The notes: generated by a model not told the origin, from the letters alone. Positions 12,594 through 23,800 are shown, numbered from the stretch's first letter. The stretch is DNA of 40,118 nucleotides from Nemertoderma westbladi (GCA_032718475.1 JAUCBJ010007975.1:1-40118), one strand, 5' to 3'. Translations and numbers: made by a program.

Positions 12594-12932
12594 TTTTTAT
12601 CAGAACGCGTCTAAAATTTTAACAGGCTTTGTTCAACCTATAGTGACCAACTTGGAAAACAAAAATTTCAATATATTGGTAATACCGCTTCGCGCAGCAC
12701 GTCACAAACTCAAGAGTTCTTATATTTTTTGCAAAAAATCTAATTTTAAAATGAGCGACATTTACTCAATTTTCATTAAATATAACTGAAATTCGATATA
12801 CAGACAGTCCAGCATAGGTACTTAATTATGTTAAAAAAAATTGTCATGAGAGATCGATTTTCCCTTCGTGCAGCATGTGAGAAAAAATATTGTCCCAATG
12901 TATATTTTTCATGTAGTATGCACTCCTCCTGC

Positions 12933-14117
12933 TGTAAAAGCTTTTGTGGGATAACTAATTCGTTTGCCTTGCTAACCAGTTCCCCCCCAGTCGCTAGAAT
13001 ACTCTAAAAAGGGATCTCTAACTCGAATAGCACAAGCTACCGGCTGATTGGCTGATTCGCTGTGCGAAGGGATCTGGGCTACGTTTGATTGTCCAACTAG
13101 CTTGGGAAAGTATCTCCCAATAGAATTTGAGTTGATTTTGATTTCGACCTATCACAGATCTACTGAACTGAATTTTCCTATCTTTATGCTCTTTCTCTGT
13201 GTTGGGTGGAAGCCTTTGTAAATAAGGTTATTCTTATCAGTTTTCAGTGTTGTTGGTCTTTCTTTCCTAAGCCAGGAGAGAACGGCTTGTAAATATTTTG
13301 TGCTTTTCTGTTTTAGTCTAACACTAGTAGGCTTAATTATAAAGGGCATATATCCGTTATCACAACAAACCATTGCAAACCAAACCATTGCAATCAACAC
13401 AAACTAATGAACTTAACGCACACTGAATCACTGTGCATACTTTTATATTGTTATACTGCTATTTACTGTCAGTTCTTCATAATATGGTTGATGAATTATT
13501 ATATTTGGAATAACGATAAATAACCCCGAAACCCAATATTCTTGATATACCGAAGGTAAGAGAGAAAGGTTACATATAACGATTGTGACTTATGATAAAG
13601 TGGTTTGAAGTGAATCTAATGTTATTTGATAGACCCTACATGAGTCAGTCCGTGTTCCTTTTATATATAACTAAAATCAGTGAAGATCGGCAGATCAGTG
13701 TGCAGTATTGTGCAGCATTGTGTATGAGTGAACCTGATAACGAAGCATTTCCTAAAGAATGCGCCATATATGTGAATTATAACTAAGCCATATCGTTGTG
13801 AGTAGTTTAAGTCATAACTCTGTGTATATAGATAGAGCGCCACGTCCTAAAGGAACTGTTAATATTCCCGAAGGTGAATAATATTGTCAGAGATTATATA
13901 ATACTGTCAGTCGAATAATACATTAGGCTTACATAGCAATAAGATTAAGCCGTCGAACCCAATCTCCCGGGTATATCCAGCGGGTGAATGATCGCGCACA
14001 GATTGGTTTCGACTAGTGTAGTGAATTAAATACTTGTCATAGACTAAAAGTGATTTATTATCTAGAAGACATCATAATTTGGCGGGTTAAACTGCCAAAG
14101 GTCTAAAAGCGCGAACA
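12933..14117 (+). repeat. 5' LTR (1185 bp)
   Basis: TGTAAAAGC...GCGAACA; differs from the 3' LTR by about 5 substitutions, one 15-bp indel and one 1-bp indel (counted by eye). Confidence 0.97.
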
Positions 14118-14253
14118 ATAACGGATATTTAGTCTGTATTGCAGTGTAGGCATTAAATACAGTTTAATATTGTTCTGGTAAGAACAATAACGGATATAGC
14201 TTCTTTATTGCAGTAAGCAATAAAGTTGAAAGTACCGGTCAACCGGTAAACCT

Positions 14254-14383
14254 GAACGGTACTTCAGTAGGTCAGTAGGCCCAACCGCCAGAACCGGTAC
14301 TGCCGTAGGTCAGTAGGCCCAACTGCCAGAACCGGTACTTCTGTAGGTCCGTAGGCCTAACTGTCCTAACCGGTACTTCCGTA
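14254..14383 (+). repeat. 38-bp tandem repeat (~3.5 copies) in the leader
   Basis: AACCGGTACT.C.GTAGGTC.GTAGGCC.AAC.G.C units at 14254, 14291, 14329 and 14367. Confidence 0.85.
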
Positions 14384-14556
14384 TAAGTACACTAGTATTA
14401 TTCGATTTGATTGTTGCATACCGGTAGGCTGTTTAAGGGATTAGGGATTGATCACCCCTTATTCCTTTATATGGTTTACTTATTTCTGTCAAGTTTTATT
14501 TATTTGTAGGCCAGTATTGAACAGAAGGCGTGTAAGCCTGATCAGATTGTACAGAC

Positions 14557-15126
14557 AATTTGTAGGCTGAGCTGTTGTCTGATTGCTGTTAAGTCTGAAC
14601 GGATTGCAGTATGTGTAGATCATCTGTCCGATAAAGAACGGTTAGGAAGTAGGGGCAGCGAACGCTGTAAGGTAAACCCCCAACTAAAGAATAAGTCGTA
14701 CTACTGGGTTAGAACGCATACTACCTAATTATTTCGGAGTCTGCATGTCCTGTAGTTTATTTAGGCTTGAGAGTAGTCTGCCATCGTTTAGTCTGTACTT
14801 TGTTTGTGTAAGTCTGTACGGGTAGTGTATAATATTTATTTAGATAATTTGTAGGCTGGATAGTTGTCTGGCTGTTGTTAGGTCTGAACGGATTGCAGCG
14901 TGTGTAGATCACTTGTCCGATAAAGAACGGTTAGGAAGTAGGGGCAGCGAATGCTGTAAGGTAAACCCCCAACTAAAGAATAAGTCGTACTACTGGGTTA
15001 GAACGCATACTACCTAATTATTTCGGAGTCTGCATATACCGTAGTTTGTTTAGGCTTGATAGTAGTCTGTCAGTGTTCGGTCTGCATTTTGTTTGAGTAG
15101 TTTGTACGCGTAGCATAATATTTATT
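14557..15126 (+). promoter_or_regulatory. Two 289-bp tandem copies of a structured RNA element (long G-U-rich stem with a conserved branched head)
   Basis: Arms 14561-14620/14739-14797 and 14850-14909/15028-15086 pair with many G-U wobbles; differences between copies mostly keep pairing; the ~112-nt core is near-identical. Confidence 0.75.
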
Positions 15127-16066
15127 ATTCAGAGTTTATGCGATTATCCGCAACATTCATTCCCCAAGTTTGTTCCTACAGTAATTGTGTTTGTTATACA
15201 TACCGCTATAGTTAAATTAACCCCGGTACTACACGGGCTGCTTGGCGTAGGTAAAGACTGGTGATTTTGTGCACCGGTCACTCCAGCAGATGCCGTGGTT
15301 CTTTTAGCTGTTCAAGTATATTTAACTACTGATTATCTGTTGTACAAGTACTCGTACCTAATTTAGGGTTTAGTGTACAGTGCTTACCGAGAGTAATTAG
15401 TGTAGGCATTATATTTGTGTTGTAAAGTGGTTGATAGGCACGTTCGATTAGCTCTATTAACTTCTAGGTAGGAACACTCCGTGATACATAACGTAGAACC
15501 TATAGCGATACGGCTATAGGTCGTCAGGCGGTGGTATTTTCCTATCTGGACAACGCAGTGTATTTACTACTACTTATTATTTTCAAATACCGCAGTACCC
15601 TGTCCGTTGTAATAACCAGTTTTCTAACCCTTTGTTAGGCTGGTTTGTAGACTTCTTGTAAAATTACCCTGAAAATTCGTATTTTGTGTTTTTGTAAAAT
15701 TTTGTGTTTATTTAGAGATTGTAATCTCACCCGAATTGTACGTAATTTGTAGTATTAAGTAACTTAGGTAAATTAGCATTATTTGTTTTAGTGTCTTATA
15801 AGTAACACTTCACTGAAAGCGCACCGCTTTGTGTAGTGATTACTCCCCAGAAATAATAACATTTATTTCAAACATTGACTAAACCCATTAAAACGGGTAT
15901 AAATATATTATAAATCAAATCTAACGATTTATAAATAGTAGGCCTACCATACAACCATTCGGTCTCAATATCAGTTGGATTACTGCTCAAATAACGGTAG
16001 TAAAGTAAGTAAAGTAACCAAGTAACCCTAAAAATTCAGAAATTCAATTATTTAAAGTAATTAATT

Positions 16067-16315
16067 GATATACCGGTATTTACGATAGGCCTATTATCTT
16101 TATTTCTATAAATTTAGGCTGAAATTATACCGGTACTTGTAATTAATTCTAGTCCAGAATTATATATACTACAAACTGTAAGCTGTATACCGGTATTCCC
16201 GATAGGCCTATTATATATTTATATATATTTGTGCTAAAATTATACCGGTATTCTGTGATAAACCTAGTCTGTAATAATACTTATATAGTTATATATACCA
16301 TAAGCATACCGGTGT
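16067..16315 (+). repeat. ~58-bp period array of ATACCGGT motifs (about 117-bp higher-order unit) upstream of gag
   Basis: ATACCGGT at ~16071, 16127, 16187, 16242 and 16306, with alternating GATAGGCCTATTA and CTAGTC blocks. Confidence 0.7.
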
Positions 16316-16452
16316 TCTAATATATTATATATATATCCTACTACACTGAGTAGCAGTACCGGTAATTAATTACTAGGCTAGCAGTTAATACTGAGTTACT
16401 AGACTTGCTCAGACTGTAATACAGCAGTAGACATTCAACTGTAAACACAAAC

Positions 16453-19400
16453 ATGTCTGATACTAAGCAGAACCTGTCAGACAGTTTATTAGATGTAACT
16501 ATCTGCGACTCAGATAGAGGCGTAGAACCATCTAGTCGTAAGTTCAGATCACCTCCCACTGTGAGGAAGGTCATCCCTCCTGTAGTAATAACAGAACCTA
16601 GGCTGGTCCAACATCGTAGGTCTATCATAGGCACTCGAGCTCAGGTCAAACGGGACCAAGAAGCAGCGGAACAGCAACAACCCGCGAGCCAAGAACTTAC
16701 TTCTCAACGGCCCAACAGCTCCAGTAGTGAGGATACTGTAGAGCTGACACCCGAGCACGGAGTAAGGATGACGGATGAGGCTTATTCAGATCCCCTTCTC
16801 ATCCTTCCTGCAGCCGTACTCACTAGGTTATTGATCGCTTTGGAAGAACACCAGATCGATTGGGCGAGAAGCCAGCGTTCAACTAGAGATAGTTATGCTG
16901 GATACACAAGGGAAGAACTGAAGTCCATGGTCGAGTCGCAATGGAACTTCCCCGGACCCAGACTCCCGTTTGATTTATCAGAAGCTGCCTGGGAAGACAT
17001 ACACCGGATGGGAGTAGCCAAGGAAACCATCGATCCAGCTGTGTGGAAGAGGTCCGCAGCCGGATACGCACAGGGATTCTTCAGCTCTATAGAGCGATTA
17101 AAAGAACAACTGTTTCATCAACCTCAAGGACCTCAAGAGCAGGGATTGCTGCTTTATCAAGTTAGAGAAAGAATTCTACGAATCAGGCTAATCTTATCGG
17201 CCTTTGAGGAGGCTTCTAAACGAAGACAAGACACATCGTTGCAAGTCGCCGTAAAGACTTGGTTTCAAAGGGTGAATCTCCAGGTTCAAGGAACAGCTCA
17301 GTGGAAAGCTCAGCTGGAGGAGCGATCAACCCATGGAGAATCAACAGACGCTACTTTTTCCCAAGTGGAAAGTGAAGCGATGGCAGAGAAGCCGCATAAG
17401 AGGGATGCCATTGACATCTATCTGTCAGACTATCAACGTTTTTTAGGTGATGACGAGTTGAGGAGAAGGTTAGAGGGACTTAGCCCTAATAGTGAAGGAA
17501 CCAAGCTTGTGTTGGATGCCATCGATGTGGAAATGAGGGCTGCGAACCAGGCTGAATTTGATGAACAACTCCGCATCACACGAGCCCAAGAAGAACAAGT
17601 AAAGAAAAAACGTATAGAAGACAGAAAGAAAGCAGCAGTGGTAGCTGCAGAAGCAGAAAGAAAAGCGGCAGTGGCAGAGGCAGCAGCAGAGGCAAAAGCG
17701 GCAGCGGCAGCGGCAGAGGCAAAAGCGGCAGCGGCAGCGGCAGCGGCAGAAGCAAAGACGGCCGAGGCTGAGAGAAAGGCCGCAGAGGCAGTGGCAGAAG
17801 CCGAACGGAGAGCGACTGAAGAAACCACCCAATTAGAATTGGAAAACATTCAGGAGAATCAAGACTGCATAAATAAACAGTTAACAGCTAGTAATATGCA
17901 GATGATGAATCGATCTACTCCCAAAAGACAGGGATATACATCATCTGAGGAAGGCGATACCACCGATACTGAAGGCAAAGGAAATAGATCTCGTCTAAGC
18001 AGACGTAAAAGAACATTCCACCGTCAGAAATTGCCTGATTTGCCTCCAGCTGTTAGAAGGCAACTAAATAACACCAACTTAGGTAGTACAGAGCCCACAG
18101 ACCAAACAATTAAAATAGAAAGACTCCCTACGATAGTAGATGAGCCTGAAATAATTAGGCCTGTTCTTGAAATCACCCCTTCGGTGATAGACACACCTGT
18201 GCTCCCTGAGATTACCTCTAAATTCCCTCTGCATAGCACTAAGCTACCTGTGCCCCGTAGAACTGCCCAGGGGACAGTTCAGGTCCTGGACCCCGAGCAA
18301 ATTATTCATAATTTGTCGCCCGTTGTCCCTCGTCCGCCCGCTACAACGTTGGCGACTCCCGCTTCGGCGGTCGAATGGGTGGACGAGAGACGGCGGGGGA
18401 TGGATATCCTGCTCGGGCAGATGCAGGAGACTGTCCAGCAATTCAAGGGCACAGTAAGGGAAAGTAGGCTAGAGTTGCAAGAAGTGCAGCAAAGTATCGC
18501 GCTCGAACGCGATAAATTAGTAAACACACAAAGGGGTATACCACCACCCTCAGTAACAATGTGTCAACCTGTTAGGTCTGAAGTATCTCATGCGCAAGGT
18601 GTGGAGCCTACACGCATATATACTGCTAGCGAAGTAGAAACTCCTATAGTGAACCCTATTAAGGGTAATTATAGACCTGTTGATAATGACATTCCCTATA
18701 GAACTGATCATAATCCGAGAAATTTATATACCGATAACTCGATATTAAATAACACGATGGCCCAAGAAAGTTTTACGCGTCAAATGGCTAGAACCGAAGC
18801 CCGGCAAGCGGTGAAGGTGGGAGAGATAGTCAAATTCAATGGAGATGAGATGAAATGGTTACCTTTTAATGAATATTACAAAGATAACATACAGAACTCT
18901 GTACTATCTAATGGAGAAAAACTTAGATACCTCATTGAGTGCTTGGAAGGATCTCCCAAGTTAATGGCGTTAAAGTTTATTGGACATCCGGACGGATTAA
19001 GACAAGTTTGGGACACACTAAACATCAGGTATGGTAATAGGAATAATATCGCTAAGTATTTATATGCAAAATTAGTAGCGCCCAGAAAGTTCATCAGCAG
19101 TGGGATAATAGAGTTTTCCGATGAGATTCAAGAGATCTGTAGACAATTAGATTGGTTAGGTAAGTCTCATGAATACCAAAGTTCTATGGTCATTGGAGCT
19201 GTGGCTTCTACTTTACCGAAAGGTGGGGTAGGCACACGCTGGGATAAAAAAGTACTATATATGATGGAACAACAACGACGAGACCCTACCATGGCTGATC
19301 TCATGTCATTCTTGGATGGAGAAGTGAAATTGCAACTCCTCAAGCAGTCCCGAGAGAAGATACCGGAAAACAAGGTAAGTGAAAAACCCGTCTCTAGGAG

Positions 19401-20817
19401 AAAGGTAACACCAGTGTGTTATACAGACGACGGTGAAAGCCAGACTTCTCAAGGAGAAGATAGCGGGAAAGACACTGATAGATCTTATTATGTCAATAAA
19501 ATGCCTAAAGATCAGGTAAGTAAATTCAAGTCTCGAGCAAATGACAGGAGAGAACCGGTAAGAAAAACTCCTCCCACGTCTCCCAAGAGAATTCAGGTGA
19601 GAAAGCCCGAAGAAAAGGCAAGTGTACACAATGTGACTCAGAATAAGGTAAGTAACATCAAACCGAAATGTGCGCTGTGTGACGGGACCCACCATTTGAA
19701 TAGGTGTGATGAATTTCTAAAGAAATCATTAACGGAGAGACGCGAAGTCATGTGGGATAAGCGGTTATGTTATAATTGCCTCAGACAAAGACACCAACAG
19801 CGAACCTGTTTCTCTGACATAAGGTGTGCAAAGTGTGGTGCGAAACATCATATCTTGTTGCACGCTGAATTCGATCGAAATAGTCCGAGTCAGGTAAGTG
19901 ATTCCGAGCTACATGTCCAATTCAGTGATGTGAACGACACTGATCAATCTGAGATGGAAGGATTCTATACAGACGAGTTCTCCGACGAAAACGAATCCTG
20001 TTACATGATAAATACCGCAGTGTATCGAGCGCTCACCTATGAAAAAGATACAGACAAAGACTTTACTCTAACTACTTCTGAGCGACAACCATCTTGGAAA
20101 GAGCCATCTTCCAATGTAGGGATCCGAGAGTTTCCTGTGGTTCAAGTAAGGGTTCACGGACCTGAGAGGAGTTATGTAGTGAACGCCCTCCTTGACTCCG
20201 GTAGTACAGGAACATTCATCGACAAAGAGCTAGCCGAAGATATATTTGCTGGACAACCCAAGTTCCAAACTAAGCTCAACATGTCCGGCATTATGCAAGT
20301 TTGGAAATCTACAATCACAGCGGATTATTATGTAGGAGCGTTGTCCACCCCCCAGGACGAAATAGGAGAACATAGCATAAGGTCAGTGAAAATGGTGGCT
20401 ATAAAGAACTTCGCTACTACTCAAGCAGACCTTTATAATTGGGACGAGGATGAGAGCATCCAACATCTTAACATACCTCGATTCCAGACTGATTATCCTG
20501 GAGTGCAAATACTCATCGGCCAAAACGCGCATGAGGCGCTGGAGACATTAGAGAAACGGCCTGCTCAACCGCAGCCACTACAGACCTATGCGGTAAGAAC
20601 TAGAGTAGGTTGGTACTTTACTGGCCCTTCCCGTAGAACACTCAGAGAAAGACTACCGCCAGAGAGCGTATGCCAGGTGAGTGAATGGGAAGATGATACC
20701 AGTGAGGGAGACAACTCAACTGAGGGAATTCCATACTCCTCAGATAATGACGACGTTCACCAGCTTTTTGATGAGGAGAATACCATCGATCTCCTTAAGG
20801 AAAACGAGGCTTGGTAA
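16453..20817 (+). CDS. gag: BEL/Pao Gag plus aspartic protease (first segment of the gag-pol polyprotein)
   Basis: DUF1759-like Gag core (KFNGDEMKW..F...LSNGEKLRYL, ~18830); knuckles CX2CX3HX4C, CX2CX4HX4C and CX2CX3HX4H (19669-19863); protease ALLDSGS (~20191) and ILIGQ. Confidence 0.93.
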   Translation: MSDTKQNLSDSLLDVTICDSDRGVEPSSRKFRSPPTVRKVIPPVVITEPRLVQHRRSIIGTRAQVKRDQEAAEQQQPASQELTSQRPNSSSSEDTVELTPEHGVRMTDEAYSDPLLILPAAVLTRLLIALEEHQIDWARSQRSTRDSYAGYTREELKSMVESQWNFPGPRLPFDLSEAAWEDIHRMGVAKETIDPAVWKRSAAGYAQGFFSSIERLKEQLFHQPQGPQEQGLLLYQVRERILRIRLILSAFEEASKRRQDTSLQVAVKTWFQRVNLQVQGTAQWKAQLEERSTHGESTDATFSQVESEAMAEKPHKRDAIDIYLSDYQRFLGDDELRRRLEGLSPNSEGTKLVLDAIDVEMRAANQAEFDEQLRITRAQEEQVKKKRIEDRKKAAVVAAEAERKAAVAEAAAEAKAAAAAAEAKAAAAAAAAEAKTAEAERKAAEAVAEAERRATEETTQLELENIQENQDCINKQLTASNMQMMNRSTPKRQGYTSSEEGDTTDTEGKGNRSRLSRRKRTFHRQKLPDLPPAVRRQLNNTNLGSTEPTDQTIKIERLPTIVDEPEIIRPVLEITPSVIDTPVLPEITSKFPLHSTKLPVPRRTAQGTVQVLDPEQIIHNLSPVVPRPPATTLATPASAVEWVDERRRGMDILLGQMQETVQQFKGTVRESRLELQEVQQSIALERDKLVNTQRGIPPPSVTMCQPVRSEVSHAQGVEPTRIYTASEVETPIVNPIKGNYRPVDNDIPYRTDHNPRNLYTDNSILNNTMAQESFTRQMARTEARQAVKVGEIVKFNGDEMKWLPFNEYYKDNIQNSVLSNGEKLRYLIECLEGSPKLMALKFIGHPDGLRQVWDTLNIRYGNRNNIAKYLYAKLVAPRKFISSGIIEFSDEIQEICRQLDWLGKSHEYQSSMVIGAVASTLPKGGVGTRWDKKVLYMMEQQRRDPTMADLMSFLDGEVKLQLLKQSREKIPENKVSEKPVSRRKVTPVCYTDDGESQTSQGEDSGKDTDRSYYVNKMPKDQVSKFKSRANDRREPVRKTPPTSPKRIQVRKPEEKASVHNVTQNKVSNIKPKCALCDGTHHLNRCDEFLKKSLTERREVMWDKRLCYNCLRQRHQQRTCFSDIRCAKCGAKHHILLHAEFDRNSPSQVSDSELHVQFSDVNDTDQSEMEGFYTDEFSDENESCYMINTAVYRALTYEKDTDKDFTLTTSERQPSWKEPSSNVGIREFPVVQVRVHGPERSYVVNALLDSGSTGTFIDKELAEDIFAGQPKFQTKLNMSGIMQVWKSTITADYYVGALSTPQDEIGEHSIRSVKMVAIKNFATTQADLYNWDEDESIQHLNIPRFQTDYPGVQILIGQNAHEALETLEKRPAQPQPLQTYAVRTRVGWYFTGPSRRTLRERLPPESVCQVSEWEDDTSEGDNSTEGIPYSSDNDDVHQLFDEENTIDLLKENEAW

Positions 20818-23800
20818 AACCAAGTGAACTTATGTCAACTTCTCTATCCATCTGAACGAGAAGCTTACAACGACGAGTTAAATGACGTCATTGAGCGTTG
20901 CAATGCCAAGACTCGAGATGAGCATGCTGTACGATTCTTTACGCAAGAGGCGGTAGAGCCCAATTCCTACGATAAAGCCTTGTCGGTGGAAGAGGAAAGG
21001 GCCAAGCAGATCCAAGAGACAACTACACGTTTCCTCAAAGATCAAGGAAGGTACGAAGTCGGTTTACCTTTTCGCAAGAGAGAACCGAAGTTCATCAATA
21101 ACAGACCTTTGGCGGAAAAAAGAATCGCGCAACTCCATCGACGCCTTACGGCTAATTCTTCAGCTAAAGCAATGTATCAAACACAGCTGAAAAAATTTAT
21201 TAGTAAGGGATATGCGGAGAGAGTACCGGAAGAAACACCTGTGACTGAAAGAACGTATTACTTAACTCACCATTACGTTCCTAAACCCGGTAAGCCACAC
21301 GAAGTGAGAGTAGTGTTTGATGGCTCCGCTCTTTACATGGGTCAATCCCTTAACTCTGAATTGTTACCCGGACCCAACTTGCTTTAATCTTTGTTGGGAA
21401 TTCTTTTAAGATTGAGACAATATTCGATTGCTTTCGCCTCCGATATAGAAGGCATGTTCTTACAAGTCAAGGTGCTAGATAGGGATCGAGATAGTCTACG
21501 ATTTCTGTGGTGGCCTGAAGGAGATCTCAACCAGAAACCGGTGCAGTACTGGATGACCATCCAGGCCTTCGGGATAATCTCAAGCCCTTCCAACGCCTGT
21601 TCGGTAGTGCGTACCACTGCAGAGGACAACCGAGAGGCATTCTCTAAGGAAGTGATCGACAACATCAAGAGAGACATATATATGGACGACAATCTGAAGT
21701 CCCTTCCATCAGTCGAGGAAGCCATTGAAGTCGCTAAAGGAACGGTAGAGTGCTTAAAAAGAGGTGGATTTCGATTAACCAAATTCACCAGCAACTCCCG
21801 TGAGTTTCTGGAGTCGATCCCTGCGGAAGATCGAGGAGCGAAAGATCTCGATTTGATCAAAGATGATCTGCCAGAAACCAAGACACTCGGCTTGAAATGG
21901 GACACAGAGCGAGATATCCTGTTTTTCCAGCTAAAACAGCGAGATAATCTAGTTCGAACCAAACGGATTTGCTTAAGTATACTGAGCACTTATTTCGATC
22001 CATTGGGATTTATTAGCCCAGTTATATTGATTGCTCGTAGTTTGGTACAACAAATGTGGCTTGAAAACCACTCATGGGACGATCCACTTAAGGGGGAATT
22101 ATTGAAGCAGTGGATGAAATGGGAAGATTCTCTGCCAGCTATCGAGGATTTTATAATTTCCCGTTCATATTTTGGTCATGTTCTCCCTACGTATTCCTAT
22201 CAACTCCATGTGTTTGGAGACGCCAGCGATATGGGAATAGGTATAGTAGCCTACCTAAGAGTGGAAACTCCGGATGGAATCAAAGTCGCCTTGGTTACTT
22301 CTAAGGCATTAATCAACAACAAGTTGAAAGTTCCTCGAGCGGAGTTAAAAGCGGCTCTATACGCTACAGCCATCGGCCGGAATGTAACCGAACAGATTGA
22401 CTATCCATTAGAGAAAACTGTCTATTGGACCGACGCTTTACTCGTGTTAGAGTATATAACCAATGAAGTCTGTCAGTTCAGCGTCTTCGTTACCAACAGG
22501 GTAGCCATCATACTTAGTCGCACGACGATGGACCAATGGAGACATTGCCCCGGAACGATTAACCCAGCAGACATCGCTTCCCGAGGAGCGACTCCAAAGG
22601 AATTGGTAAATACTCCCGAATGGTTAGGAGGACCCGACTTTCTCTACAGAGAAGAAGAAGAATGGCCTCCCCATCTCACAACAGCAGAGATCAGACAGGC
22701 CAAGGGAGCGGAGAAAGTTAAACCCAAAACTCGAGCGAGTAAATCGAAGTTGTTTAAACCTGCGGTTGATCTATCTGTATTATTTACTTCCGGAGAGGAT
22801 GCTTTGGATCAGAAACCCACCGCCACGACTAAAGAAGTCTTGGAAATCCGTGACAAGGATTGGAAATCTGGAATACCAGATATTTCGCAAGGACTCTCAC
22901 CTCTCTTGCAGAGAGCGATACGTCACTACAGTTCCTGGAATCGGCTCTGTAAAGCTGTCACCTATCTGAAACGATGTTTTCATCATCGTTACTCCGGGAC
23001 AAAGACCCATAGTGATGATGCTCCATCAACATCTGCACGAGTCCATGTTGTTAAAGATCTTCCCCAATACAAGGTATCCGACAGGTTTCTAAAGGAGAAG
23101 ATCAGCTACCAGGAGCATGATGAAACCAACAAACAGATGCTGAGACTCCTACAATGCTATGAGGATTCCGATAAGTATTTCCTGTTGTTAAGAAATCCGC
23201 AGATGCGCTTAAGGGATCGCTTCTCTAGTACCATGATAGATGGGTTAATACGTGTTGGAGGCAGGCTCACCAACGCCCCATTATCCTTTGACACTAAGTT
23301 CCCCATACTCATTAGAAATCTTGACATACAAATCAAGATAATTGTAGATGTTCATAGCAAACTGTACCATGCTGGTAGAGAACGAGTTCTGAGCGAAATT
23401 CGAACTCGCTACTATTTTTATAAACCCCGTAGGGCTCTGAACCAAGTTCTTAGGAACTGCATACCCTGTAGGAAAGCATTCAGTAGGCCTTTAACACAGC
23501 GAGAGGCAGAATTACCTAGGGAAAGAGTAAGCTTCTATGAACCACCCTTTACTAATACCGGTGTGGATTTATTTGGCCCTATTGAAGTATATCGTGCCCG
23601 GACTATAGTCAAGAGATGGTGTGTCATCTTCGTTTGTATGACTTGTAGAGCTATCCATCTCGATATGGTAAACGATCTATCCACCAACAGCTTCGTGTTG
23701 AGTTTACGACGACAGATCGCTCGCTTCGGAACCAGTAACACGATGAGATCGGATAAGGGAACGAACTTCATTGGCGCCAACAACGAAATTCAAGCTTACG

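Noticed and set aside
13152-13843. Short ORFs repeated three times (also 334-585 and 29506-30182)
   Set aside because: They recur only because they lie in the LTRs; no motifs.
16341-23783. Minus-strand and alternate-frame ORFs overlapping gag-pol
   Set aside because: Shadow ORFs of a long coding frame, including the Ala/Cys-Arg repeat translations.
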